A stretch of 64,000 bases of DNA from an uncultured Candidatus Saccharibacteria bacterium (GTDB taxonomy: Bacteria > Patescibacteriota > Dojkabacteria > SC72 > JAFGCJ01). The notes below the pieces were generated by a model. The model was given only the letters and a program-made list of their open reading frames with translations, had not been told where the DNA came from and searched no databases. The translations under genes were made by a program, and so were the position numbers. Location of the stretch: assembly GCA_964481345.1 (NCBI GenBank), contig CAYZTC010000001.1:7766-71765 (forward strand), written 5' to 3'. Within the stretch, counting starts at the first letter, position 1. The number at the start of each line of letters is the position of its first letter. Of the stretch, positions 9,522 through 19,183 are shown piece by piece.

Positions 9522-9794
9522 TTATTTAACAGCCACTTTTAAGCCCTTTCCTGCCTTAAATGCAGGAACTCTTGTTGCGGGAAGCTGAATTTTCTCCATT
9601 GTTTGAGGATTAATTCCAGCTCTTGATGCTCTCTCTCTAACCATGAATTTTCCAAATCCAGTAAGAAGGACACTATCGCCTTTCTTGAGAGCGTCAGTTA
9701 CAACACCGAGGAATGATTCTACAGCATCTCCAGCTGCCTTCTTGGTCAAGCCTGTCCTTGCTGCTACTTCCTCTATTACGTCTCTCTTTAACAT
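9522..9794 (-). CDS. hup: DNA-binding protein HU
   Basis: LTGFGKFMVRERASRAGINPQT, VPAFKAGKGLK; ATG 9794 follows AAGGAGG. Confidence 0.95.
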   Translation of the reverse strand: MLKRDVIEEVAARTGLTKKAAGDAVESFLGVVTDALKKGDSVLLTGFGKFMVRERASRAGINPQTMEKIQLPATRVPAFKAGKGLKVAVK

Positions 9795-9884
9795 TTGATG
9801 TCTCCTCCTTTCTTTGTGATTTAACATGAGCTTTTTTGCTTCACGTCGCATAAAATGTATCTAAAAACGCGAAAAATGTCAATA

Positions 9885-10679
9885 CTAAAGCACTTTGTTT
9901 ATTCTTCGAATTTTTGAGCAGCTTTTTCCTGAATCTATCTCTAAAATTACAGCGTCAAAGCGGCATTTTCCGGACTCGTCGATATCGTACGCAGGAGCAT
10001 AAGGGTATTTCAGCTGCTGGAAAATTATTTCAGGTTTAACCCAAAGTGCTGAATCCAAAGGTCCAACCATACCAATATCTGTAATATATCCACTGCCATT
10101 TGGAAGCACTCTTTCGTCTGCAGTAGGCACATGGGTGTGAGTACCAACTACTGCACTCACCTTCCCATCAAACATAAGTCCAAGTGATATCTTTTCAGAT
10201 GTGGCCTCTGCATGAACCTCGATAATACTTGCAGCAAGATTCTCCTTTTCTGTCTCCTTAATCATATTTTCAAGAGGGCGTATCATATCACCAGTTACAT
10301 TTTCATTATGAAAAAAAGCCCTTCCAAGAACAATAGAAAAAAGCACCTTTCCTTTCTTTCCCAGGTCCACAATCTCATATCCCTTTCCAGGTATGTCAAC
10401 GGGATAGTTGATAGGTCTTATTACTGGATACTCTCCACTAAGAAGTACTTCAAAATCAAGCCTTCTCCAAATATGATTCCCAGCGGTCATAAAATCGACT
10501 CCATAAGACATAATTTCCTTCACAGTTTTTTCTGTTGCTCCTTTCCCATGTGCTAGGTTTTCAATATCGCACACAACAAGATCAATCTTCTCCTTTTTCC
10601 GAATACTGGGAATTACCTTAGAAAGAGAATCCCTTCCAGGTGAGCCACATACATCACCTGTATACAATACCTTAATCAT
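9885..10679 (-). CDS. ymdB: YmdB-family metallophosphoesterase
   Basis: GDVCG, TAGNH, HAEATSEK, GTHTHVPTAD; follows rny. Confidence 0.92.
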   Translation of the reverse strand: MIKVLYTGDVCGSPGRDSLSKVIPSIRKKEKIDLVVCDIENLAHGKGATEKTVKEIMSYGVDFMTAGNHIWRRLDFEVLLSGEYPVIRPINYPVDIPGKGYEIVDLGKKGKVLFSIVLGRAFFHNENVTGDMIRPLENMIKETEKENLAASIIEVHAEATSEKISLGLMFDGKVSAVVGTHTHVPTADERVLPNGSGYITDIGMVGPLDSALWVKPEIIFQQLKYPYAPAYDIDESGKCRFDAVILEIDSGKSCSKIRRINKVL

Positions 10680-10696
10680 TACTTTAATTTCACAAA

Positions 10697-12241
10697 TTAT
10701 TTTGCAGTACTCATCGCTCTGCTCTCCCTAACGATAGTAACCTGTACAGTGCCTGGAAATGTCTGAGTCTTTTGAATTTCATCAGAAATCTTTTTTGCAA
10801 GCACAACAATCTCATCATCATCGACGATATCAGGCTTAACTATTACTCTCACCTCTCTACCTGCATGTATTGCATAAATTTCAGAGGCTTTATTACCAGA
10901 TATTTTTTTGGCAACATCTTCTATACTCTTAACCCTTTTTACATAGTTCTCATAGCTATCTTTCCTTGCCCCAGGTCTTGCACCAGAAATTGCATCTGCA
11001 AGGTAAACAACAACAGCCTCAATAGTTTCTGCCTCCACATCCAGATGATGTGCCTCAATTGCATTCACAAGCTCCTCTGGAAGTTTGTACTTTCTCGCAA
11101 TTTCAGCACTTATGTGATGATGCTGACCCTCAACTTTATGAGAGACAACTTTCCCAACATCGTGAAGTAAGCATGCCCTTTTTACTAAGGAAACATTTGC
11201 ATCAACCTCTTTTGCAATTGCCTCGCCAAGTCTAATTACCTCAATAGTATGCTCTACCAAGGTCTGCCCGTAACTAGACCTGTATTTCATTTTTCCAAGA
11301 AGTTTAAGTAGCCCATCATCTATAGACTGCCAGTCAGCTTCGTCTGCAAGAAGTTGCCCAGTTTTTCTAATCTCCTTAGAGACTTCAGATTTTGCTTTTT
11401 CAACAAGCTCCTCGATCCTTCCAGGATGAATCCTTCCATCTTTTATCAACGTATTCATCGTGATCACTGCAATATGTCTTCTTAACGGATCAAAAGAGGA
11501 AATTGCAATTGCTTCTGGTGATTCATCAACTATCACATCTACCCCCGTAGCTTTTTCAAATGCTCTAATATTCCTTCCTTCTTTTCCAATAATCCTTCCC
11601 TTGATTTTTTCATCATTAATCTTTATCGTAGAAACTGTAGTTTCACCTACATAATCAGTCGCTACACTTTGCATAGCGTTAACTAGGATCTCCTTTGCCT
11701 TATCTTCTGATTCACTTTGAACTTTCTTTTCTGCCTCCCTAATCTTTTGAGCAGTGTATTCATTTAGATCCTCTCCCACCTGTTTTTTTAGAAGCTCTTC
11801 TGCTTCAGACCTAGAAAGTTTTGAGATCTCTTCTAGTTTTTTTGCTAGATCTTTTCTGTCCACAAGTATCAGATTCCTTTCCTTTTCAAGCCTAGTTCTA
11901 TATTTATCAATCTTGTCTAGTTGAGTTTGTACGTTTGCTTCTTTCTCAATCAACCTTGACTCTCTACCAGAAATCTTTTTATCAATTTCGTGAGCTTCAT
12001 TTCTGATCCTTCTTGCTTCGCCTTTTGCACTTTGGACAATTTGGTTTGATTTGTTTTCTGTTTTTTCCAGAATTTGTTTTGCTTTTCCACTAGCAATCTT
12101 TACTGCTTCACCCTCAGTCATTTTCGGCTTTCTAATTACACTCTTTTTAATAACACTTCTAGGCTTCTTAGTTATTAAATAAGCCGTAGTACCTATACCT
12201 GCGACTGAGATGATACCTAACACGACAATTAATGCTGTCAT
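10697..12241 (-). CDS. rny: ribonuclease Y
   Basis: TM, coiled coil, KH (KGRIIGKEGRNIRAFE) and HD (LLHDVGK) domains, DAISGARPGAR. Confidence 0.97.
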   Translation of the reverse strand: MTALIVVLGIISVAGIGTTAYLITKKPRSVIKKSVIRKPKMTEGEAVKIASGKAKQILEKTENKSNQIVQSAKGEARRIRNEAHEIDKKISGRESRLIEKEANVQTQLDKIDKYRTRLEKERNLILVDRKDLAKKLEEISKLSRSEAEELLKKQVGEDLNEYTAQKIREAEKKVQSESEDKAKEILVNAMQSVATDYVGETTVSTIKINDEKIKGRIIGKEGRNIRAFEKATGVDVIVDESPEAIAISSFDPLRRHIAVITMNTLIKDGRIHPGRIEELVEKAKSEVSKEIRKTGQLLADEADWQSIDDGLLKLLGKMKYRSSYGQTLVEHTIEVIRLGEAIAKEVDANVSLVKRACLLHDVGKVVSHKVEGQHHHISAEIARKYKLPEELVNAIEAHHLDVEAETIEAVVVYLADAISGARPGARKDSYENYVKRVKSIEDVAKKISGNKASEIYAIHAGREVRVIVKPDIVDDDEIVVLAKKISDEIQKTQTFPGTVQVTIVRESRAMSTAK

Positions 12242-12263
12242 CTCAATAAATAATTAAATTAAG

Positions 12264-12464
12264 CGCAAGGAAATAGTGGGGAATACTAAACACTCACAAA
12301 TAGCCACTAGGGCTTCATATAAGGCTACTTTCGAGGTATATTAGTCATTTTTTTGTTCCAAATTTCAATATACTTTCAATAATCGTCTTTTTTTTCTCTA
12401 CTCTATGTCTACCTTACAAAAACACTTACATTAAAACACTATCCTCACTTATTCCTAACATGCG
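12264..12464 (-). ncRNA. candidate structured RNA or long rny 5' leader
   Basis: Nested long-range complementarity directly downstream of a sigma70-like promoter (see findings). Confidence 0.4.
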
Positions 12465-12465
12465 A

Positions 12466-12494
12466 ATGATATCACTATGAATACCTCCGGTCAA
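12466..12494 (-). promoter_or_regulatory. sigma70-type promoter upstream of rny
   Basis: TTGACC-N17-TATCAT with TGn extension. Confidence 0.65.
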
Positions 12495-12507
12495 TAACTT
12501 ACACAGA

Positions 12508-13530
12508 TTACTCATCCTGAAGGCTCTTCATTAAATCTGAATAGTAGGTAAGATTATGGATGGTAGCAAGACTTTGACATGCAATCTCTCCAGATCTAAA
12601 AAGATGATGAAGATATCCTCTTGAGTACTTTTGGCAAGCAAGACAGCCACATTTACTATCGATTGGCTTCAAATCATATTTATATCTAGTATTTTTTATT
12701 CTAATAATTCCTTTCCTTGTATATAAAAACCCATGTCTTGCATTTCTTGTAGGAAGTACACAATCAAACATGTTGTATCCCATTTTGTAACATTTTTTTA
12801 TATCATCAGGAGTACCTACTCCCATTGCATACTTTGGTTTATCATCCGGAAGAAGATTTACAGTATACCTCAAAATGTCTGAAACTAATCTTCTATCTCT
12901 ATCAATCGGCCATCCCCCAAAGCAGTATCCATCAAATCCAATACTTTTAAGTTGATCTGCACTTCTTTCCCTTAAAGATTTATGACTCCCTCCTTGTACA
13001 ACTGCAAACACTTTTACCTTACCTGAATATTTGGGATATTTTTTTATCAAATGATTTTTTCCTCTCTCCGCCCAATAAGTAGTGTTGTCAACCGACTTTT
13101 CTGCATTTTTAACGTCAACACCCTCAGATCTACAATCATCCAGCATTATCATCACATCTGAACCTATTGCCACTTGCATATCCACAGATATTTCAGGAGT
13201 AAGTTTGTGCTCACTTCCATCAACTGGTGACTTAAATACTGCACCATCATTAGTAACCTTACCCATTTTCTTTTTTTCATGTATTAAAGAAAAAACCTGA
13301 AATCCCCCAGAATCTGAGATCACTTTTCCACTCCAATTCATGAAACTCCTAATTCCACCTAGTTTCTTCATCCCATCAAGCCCAATTTTAGTAAGCAAAT
13401 GAAAAGTATTAACAACAAGCATCCTCGTACCTGTCTCTTCTACCTGCTGGGAATTCAACGTTTTTACTGCCCCCAAAGTAGCATCTGGCATAAATACTGG
13501 TAGTTTAAATCCTAGAAATTTTGAAATCAT
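12508..13530 (-). CDS. tgt: tRNA-guanine transglycosylase
   Basis: DSGGFQVFSL, MGVGTP, FDCVLPTRNARHG, CGCLAC...H zinc site. Confidence 0.95.
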   Translation of the reverse strand: MISKFLGFKLPVFMPDATLGAVKTLNSQQVEETGTRMLVVNTFHLLTKIGLDGMKKLGGIRSFMNWSGKVISDSGGFQVFSLIHEKKKMGKVTNDGAVFKSPVDGSEHKLTPEISVDMQVAIGSDVMIMLDDCRSEGVDVKNAEKSVDNTTYWAERGKNHLIKKYPKYSGKVKVFAVVQGGSHKSLRERSADQLKSIGFDGYCFGGWPIDRDRRLVSDILRYTVNLLPDDKPKYAMGVGTPDDIKKCYKMGYNMFDCVLPTRNARHGFLYTRKGIIRIKNTRYKYDLKPIDSKCGCLACQKYSRGYLHHLFRSGEIACQSLATIHNLTYYSDLMKSLQDE

Positions 13531-14591
13531 ATCGGTCCACCAATAAACAAGTCACCTTCTTGACGTTGAAGATCATCCTCAAGTTCTTCGGTTTCTTCAG
13601 GTTCTTCTTTTTCTTCTGAAACAATGACGTAGTTTGGATCTATAGGAGATACTATCATCAACACATCAGCACCAAATATCTGATCTAAAGAATCAATCTC
13701 TGCAACACCACTTCCATATCCAAGATACATAGGCAGAGCATATCCATTATCTTGATCAAAATATACCCAAGAACTTAAAAGCTCACTGATTCTTACCTCA
13801 GAAAGATAAGCTTCCTCTTGTATGGCTGGATGTAAATCAGAAAAACCGCTATCTGTTACTTCAAAACTTATGCTTTTGGGAAATGATTCAATGGTAAAAT
13901 TTTGAGATAACTCTTCGTCGTCCATTATGGGTACTCTTTCATATAATTCCACACCTGATAACATGAGTGCAGACATACTGTTTACCTTCCCGAAATTAGT
14001 AAGTTCTATCTGAAGTGCAGAACCATTTAAATGGTAGCTTGAAATATATGAGTTATAACCATCTACTTCATAGTCAATGTCAATTATTGCACTTCCATCA
14101 ATCACACTTGAAAGTACTCTAAATTCAGGAAGATCAGAAAAACCCTTATCATGAAGCTGTTTTACTGCATCATCAATATTATCATCTGAAATTTCACTAT
14201 CAAGCTGTATTCCAACATCTAGTGGAGTTTCAAAGGTAAAAAATGCAAGTCCTGTAGATGGATAAAAATAACAGTATCTAGACTCATCCCCATATTTATA
14301 TGAATCCTCATACTCATCACTATCAGTACTAAGACCTAACAACTGAAGAAGAGACTCAAAGTCCGATTTGTCATATGTATCTACCTGAAACACAGGAGCT
14401 GTACCATCAAGATTCCCATCAGCCAAAAGAGTTATATCTATCTCTGAATCATATGCCGTTAACGGAATCTCCACAGGAGTAGCCTTCAAAAAAGTCCCTC
14501 GTTGAAACCAGTAAATAAAAACAATAGAGGCAAGGAAGAATGCACCAACCACATACCAATATTCTTTTATAAAGATTATTATTTTCTTCAT
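13527..14591 (-). CDS. membrane-anchored acidic extracellular protein
   Basis: Single N-terminal TM followed by a D/E-rich domain; 4-nt overlap with tgt. Confidence 0.75.
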   Translation of the reverse strand: MKKIIIFIKEYWYVVGAFFLASIVFIYWFQRGTFLKATPVEIPLTAYDSEIDITLLADGNLDGTAPVFQVDTYDKSDFESLLQLLGLSTDSDEYEDSYKYGDESRYCYFYPSTGLAFFTFETPLDVGIQLDSEISDDNIDDAVKQLHDKGFSDLPEFRVLSSVIDGSAIIDIDYEVDGYNSYISSYHLNGSALQIELTNFGKVNSMSALMLSGVELYERVPIMDDEELSQNFTIESFPKSISFEVTDSGFSDLHPAIQEEAYLSEVRISELLSSWVYFDQDNGYALPMYLGYGSGVAEIDSLDQIFGADVLMIVSPIDPNYVIVSEEKEEPEETEELEDDLQRQEGDLFIGGPI

Positions 14592-14600
14592 GTGTATTTC

Positions 14601-17600
14601 CTAATTACACTTATTTCCTATTGTTGCTCCAGTAATAAATGAACGTACCTGACTTGCACATGCAGTACCAGAAAGTGCCTTACCTTTAGCTATTTCATCC
14701 AGCTCGGACTTAGTACACTTCCCTGAATCAAGTAACGACTGGGATACCTGAAGTCCCCTCATACAATACCCTGACGAAGTAGAAAACATATAATGACCAC
14801 CGTTCCCTGATAAATGCTCCGCACCCCACTCCCTATGACGAAGATAAGGCCAATTTGAAATACTTCCATTACTATGCTGTACCTGATGTGCAATCTCATG
14901 TCTAAATAAACCAGTCAGCATTGCACTACTTGCACTCAATATTTCATCTGGTAAGCACGATATTACCCCTGCTCCACTCCAACACCATGCTCCCGCTTCA
15001 GTTAACCTTCCGTACAATCCAGATCCAGGATATAAAAACTCTAGTCTTGCATTCACACCAAACTCTGCTGCTACTTGATTCAAAATATCAAATGCTGTAC
15101 CAGAAAGTACACTTCCACCATATGACATACTTCCTCCAGTATAGTTTGGATATACCGACCCACCCGTACCAACACACAGCTGACCTGTCGCTCTACTTGG
15201 ATCCTTTATTTTTGAAGGTAGTGAGGCACCTGGCTTAATCCATTGATATATCTCTTTTATTCCGGGGTTATCACCTTTTCCATTAAGATACTCAGGTCCA
15301 GTAATGCCGTTTACATCCCGAGTAGCATCGCAAGTACCAGTCAGATATCTTGTAGCCCATGATGTCCAGTAATCAAGTCCTGGACAGCTATAGTTGTGGC
15401 TGAGTGCCATAAAGGTATTTACTTGAGAATTGAAGTCCTCAGCTGGTGTAACACCATCGTTAATCCCAAAATCTTGCACAGGAAGACTGCTGGAGTCGTA
15501 GTTGCTGGCTCCGGACTCATGTAGCCAGATTAATAGTGCAAATGCAGGATCGACACCTTTGGACAGAGCCCTACATATCACATCGTTATAGCATTCATCT
15601 GCATAGTTAACACCGCCTGTCCATCTATCCGCAAGATCCCCGAAAACCTCTTTACTTATTATTCCAGGAATATTTTGATCTGGAAGTGTTTGATTACAAT
15701 TGATTTTTCCATCGCTATAGTCAGGAAAATCAAAATCCACCGGGCCATACACAAGATGACCACTTGTAAAATCAACCGGCTCACTTAGATATGGCTGGGC
15801 TAGAGTCTGCTTTCCAAAAAAACTTAACCCTGCCGATCCTAAAATTAAACCAATACTAAATAATCCGAGAACTATCAAGGCTATAAACTCAATTAATGGC
15901 TTCAAGAAAAATTCTCCAAGTTTCCATCCCATTTTTATTGCCCAATCAGCAACAAAAGCTGCTATATTCCCTATTCCAGGAATAATGCTACCAAGTGCTT
16001 GAACAAGTACCTTCTGAATAACACTAGTAAGAAGTTGCTTAAAGGGCATCTTAAGCAATTGCCCTACAGTCATCTGGGAAAAATCTGAGAGATATCTCTG
16101 CGCAAACTTTGCAAAAGGCCTCTTCAAAGCATTAGCGATACCTCTTCCAAGTTTATTATTTGCAAAGTCCTCAAGTTTCTTTTTGACGTGAAAAAGAAAC
16201 TGACCTGGCATAATTTTTGCCAATCTTTCTGCAATATGAGGGGGCATCCTTCCCATATCACTAAGTTTTTTCCAGAATCTCCCATCCCAAAAGATACCTT
16301 TTGCGATATTTACTGGATGCCAGTAGTAATATGCATTTGCTACCTTGCCCAGTATATTGTTCTTCCCCTCAAGCCAGCTAAGTCCAAACTCACGATCACC
16401 TGGAACGATTCTACTTTCATATTTAGTAGCAAAATGGTCTAGTGCACCACTTAGCCAGAGATCATTCTTATAATCAAATAGGGTTCCCATCATTAAGCTT
16501 CCAAGAAACTTTCCCTTCAGCTCATCCTTTATCCACGACCTAAGGTACATCCCCTGACCTATCCTTCCCCCTATAGACCCTAAAAAGCCTCCTCTTCCAC
16601 CCAGCACTCTCTGAACAAACTGGCTTCTAAAGGCTAAAGCCTTATTAATCTGTCTCTGGGTAAAATTGCCGCTAGATCTCATGTACCCAATTTCCTCATC
16701 CAGCTTTCTTATCACGCTTTGAGTAGATGCATATCGAATTCGGGCTGTTGTATCAGAATCCTTTTCTTCCACAACTCTCTGGCCAGCTACATATCTGACT
16801 GTTTTTTCTATCTTAGTATAATACCCAAGATCATCATAAATACTAGAGTCACCCCATATCCCATCCACAGATCTAACTAGGTTATCACCAGAGATATTTA
16901 TTCCAGCTCTTGGCTGGATACTGGCTAAATGATTTCCTAAGGCCTGTCTTCTCCGATTTTTATCAGTTAAACTACCAGTATCTCTAACTCCAGTGATAAA
17001 CTGGCTCCTCAAACTCCTCTTTTCTGCACTAGTCAGTAGAATTCCATTCTCCCTTTCGTACTGCTTTATTGCTGCATCTATCTCTGAGTTCCAACCTCTA
17101 GACAGAGCACCTACACTTCCAGCCCTTGGCTCAGCACCAAGTCCTGTCTGATCACCAGTTACTGCATCCCAATGCGACGATAGATCCCTCGACCGTCCAC
17201 GCGTCACCCTTCCACCACCAGGATGGTCTGCCCCAAAACGAAGGGGACTGTACGGACCATAGCCAGTAGCATCATGCATCGTGCTACCAAGATCAAAGGC
17301 AAACCCAGTACTAAAACCAGCATGTTTAGCGTATAGGGAAGAATAAGCTGATTCAAGATATCTCAAATTACCTGTCCATTTGGCAAGTTTTTGATAATCT
17401 TGATACTTTTTCCAGGCAGCATTTATTACTCCCCTTGGATTTGCTACAAATTGAGCAAGAGAGGCAGGTCCAACCTGCATCTTAAATCCTGGAACAGGCT
17501 CTACTTTTACTCGGGATGCAAGGTCTATTTGAAAATTGAAGTCATCAATAAGCTTTTCTGCCGGATATACTACAGGGCGACCTGCAATTTCTGCCAATCC

Positions 17601-17723
17601 TTTTCCTACTCCTGACAGTCCAGAAATATCTACTCCCTCAAGCGGATTTCCACCTTTTGCTTTTTTCGTAGAAAAGATAAAATCAAAAAGCGAACTGTAT
17701 ACTTCATCTTTATCTTTTGGCAT
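14601..17723 (-). CDS. 1040-aa membrane protein with C-terminal lysozyme-like and HExxH peptidase-like domains
   Basis: Gly-rich amphipathic middle region, TM near residue 620, then ALLIWLHESG and FRHEIAHQVQ...EWGAE. Confidence 0.65.
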   Translation of the reverse strand: MPKDKDEVYSSLFDFIFSTKKAKGGNPLEGVDISGLSGVGKGLAEIAGRPVVYPAEKLIDDFNFQIDLASRVKVEPVPGFKMQVGPASLAQFVANPRGVINAAWKKYQDYQKLAKWTGNLRYLESAYSSLYAKHAGFSTGFAFDLGSTMHDATGYGPYSPLRFGADHPGGGRVTRGRSRDLSSHWDAVTGDQTGLGAEPRAGSVGALSRGWNSEIDAAIKQYERENGILLTSAEKRSLRSQFITGVRDTGSLTDKNRRRQALGNHLASIQPRAGINISGDNLVRSVDGIWGDSSIYDDLGYYTKIEKTVRYVAGQRVVEEKDSDTTARIRYASTQSVIRKLDEEIGYMRSSGNFTQRQINKALAFRSQFVQRVLGGRGGFLGSIGGRIGQGMYLRSWIKDELKGKFLGSLMMGTLFDYKNDLWLSGALDHFATKYESRIVPGDREFGLSWLEGKNNILGKVANAYYYWHPVNIAKGIFWDGRFWKKLSDMGRMPPHIAERLAKIMPGQFLFHVKKKLEDFANNKLGRGIANALKRPFAKFAQRYLSDFSQMTVGQLLKMPFKQLLTSVIQKVLVQALGSIIPGIGNIAAFVADWAIKMGWKLGEFFLKPLIEFIALIVLGLFSIGLILGSAGLSFFGKQTLAQPYLSEPVDFTSGHLVYGPVDFDFPDYSDGKINCNQTLPDQNIPGIISKEVFGDLADRWTGGVNYADECYNDVICRALSKGVDPAFALLIWLHESGASNYDSSSLPVQDFGINDGVTPAEDFNSQVNTFMALSHNYSCPGLDYWTSWATRYLTGTCDATRDVNGITGPEYLNGKGDNPGIKEIYQWIKPGASLPSKIKDPSRATGQLCVGTGGSVYPNYTGGSMSYGGSVLSGTAFDILNQVAAEFGVNARLEFLYPGSGLYGRLTEAGAWCWSGAGVISCLPDEILSASSAMLTGLFRHEIAHQVQHSNGSISNWPYLRHREWGAEHLSGNGGHYMFSTSSGYCMRGLQVSQSLLDSGKCTKSELDEIAKGKALSGTACASQVRSFITGATIGNKCN

Positions 17724-17743
17724 TTATACAAAACTACACCAGT

Positions 17744-19159
17744 TTAGCTACCAAACAAACCACCTACTAATGGAATCTTACTTGCAGACTTTTGAATATC
17801 TTGAGAAGCCTTTGCTGATCCAGGAGACTGCTTAAGTTGAAATATATCCTCTACTAGTGTAGGTGCACTTGCTGCAACAAAGTAGCCTGCAAGTATAATG
17901 GCACCCTTCAACTGAATAACTGGGCTTCCAGTACTTGATCCCCCTCCCATAAATCCTGAAAAATTTCCACCCAGTGGATTCGTAATATTCGGACTTCCAA
18001 TGTATCTGAAAAGATTGATTATCAAGAACACAAACGGAAATACAAGTGAATTTACAAGAAGTCTTTTTATCCAGTTTGTTACATTAGTCTTACCCCCCGG
18101 AAGCGACCCAATCAACAGATATATTGGTCCAAGTACTAGATCCATTACAATTTTTATGTATGACATCACTAAAGTGAAAAATAGCTTGAAGGCCGCATAA
18201 AGTGCCACAAATCCCAATATTACAGTAAGAATTATTTTCAAAGAACCAGTTACAATATCAACCAAAACCTTAATTGCACCACTTAAAAATCCTGTTTGCG
18301 GAGTAGCCCAAGTAGCACCTGTTGCACTACCGAATGCATCCCGTGCCATCTGGAGTGGACCACCAATTGGTACAGAATCAAATCCAGGTAGTGCACCATC
18401 CAACTGATTATCTATTACACGAGTAACAAGTCGGCTAATATCTATTGCAAACCCTACTATTGCAAAACTGAAAGTGACAAGCACTAGTCCTACCAATATC
18501 GAGGGAAGTGAATTCATTACAGTAACAGCCACCTGACCCCCAATTTTTGTCCTGAACATTATCATAAATCCTGTAGCAACAAGTATTAAGACAAACCCAA
18601 CATATGCAATATTTCTAAACATTAACCATACTTGCTCTACTCCCAAGTCTTGAAGATGAGAATATCCGGTATCAGCTGCAAGCACTGAAACAGATGCCCC
18701 GTCAGCACCAGGAATCCACTGCCTTGCAAGATGTGAGGGAATATCAACCCCAGGCGGATTGTACAATAGTGCAGTTACCTGCTCATCAGTAGTATTTATC
18801 AAACCTGCTCTAGTTGAAGAAGACAAATCAGAACGGTTTACCCCCGCCGAAACACCCCCACCATCAAATGAGTCAGTCCCAAATTGAAGAACTGCCATAT
18901 CTATAAAGAAACTATTCCTTGTGGCTGTACCAGTAGTAGCACTACTCATGGTATCACCAGTAACATACACTGTAGCATTTTGACCCTCTTGGAAGACCTC
19001 TGCTGCATTTAAGAATGGTTCTGTCGTCTCATCATCCTGTGCAAGAACAACTGAAAAAGAACTCAGTACAAATACTTGAGTCAGTATGAGAGCAATAATC
19101 GATGGAAGATACTTAGTATTTTTCTTAAACCATCTGAATATTTTCATTATTTTGTTCAT
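17744..19159 (-). CDS. polytopic membrane protein, VirB6/TrbL-like
   Basis: Signal peptide, W..FRNIAY helix, LVLVTFSFAIVGFAIDIS and IKIVMDLVLGPIYLLIGSLPG...WIK; this topology resembles VirB6-like CPR proteins (inference). Confidence 0.55.
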   Translation of the reverse strand: MNKIMKIFRWFKKNTKYLPSIIALILTQVFVLSSFSVVLAQDDETTEPFLNAAEVFQEGQNATVYVTGDTMSSATTGTATRNSFFIDMAVLQFGTDSFDGGGVSAGVNRSDLSSSTRAGLINTTDEQVTALLYNPPGVDIPSHLARQWIPGADGASVSVLAADTGYSHLQDLGVEQVWLMFRNIAYVGFVLILVATGFMIMFRTKIGGQVAVTVMNSLPSILVGLVLVTFSFAIVGFAIDISRLVTRVIDNQLDGALPGFDSVPIGGPLQMARDAFGSATGATWATPQTGFLSGAIKVLVDIVTGSLKIILTVILGFVALYAAFKLFFTLVMSYIKIVMDLVLGPIYLLIGSLPGGKTNVTNWIKRLLVNSLVFPFVFLIINLFRYIGSPNITNPLGGNFSGFMGGGSSTGSPVIQLKGAIILAGYFVAASAPTLVEDIFQLKQSPGSAKASQDIQKSASKIPLVGGLFGS

Positions 19160-19183
19160 CTATATAGTAAATAAATTAAGATC

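Noticed and set aside
14601-17723. Prophage tape-measure gene
   Set aside because: No terminase, capsid, tail or integrase genes flank it; the context is a membrane-protein cluster between housekeeping genes.
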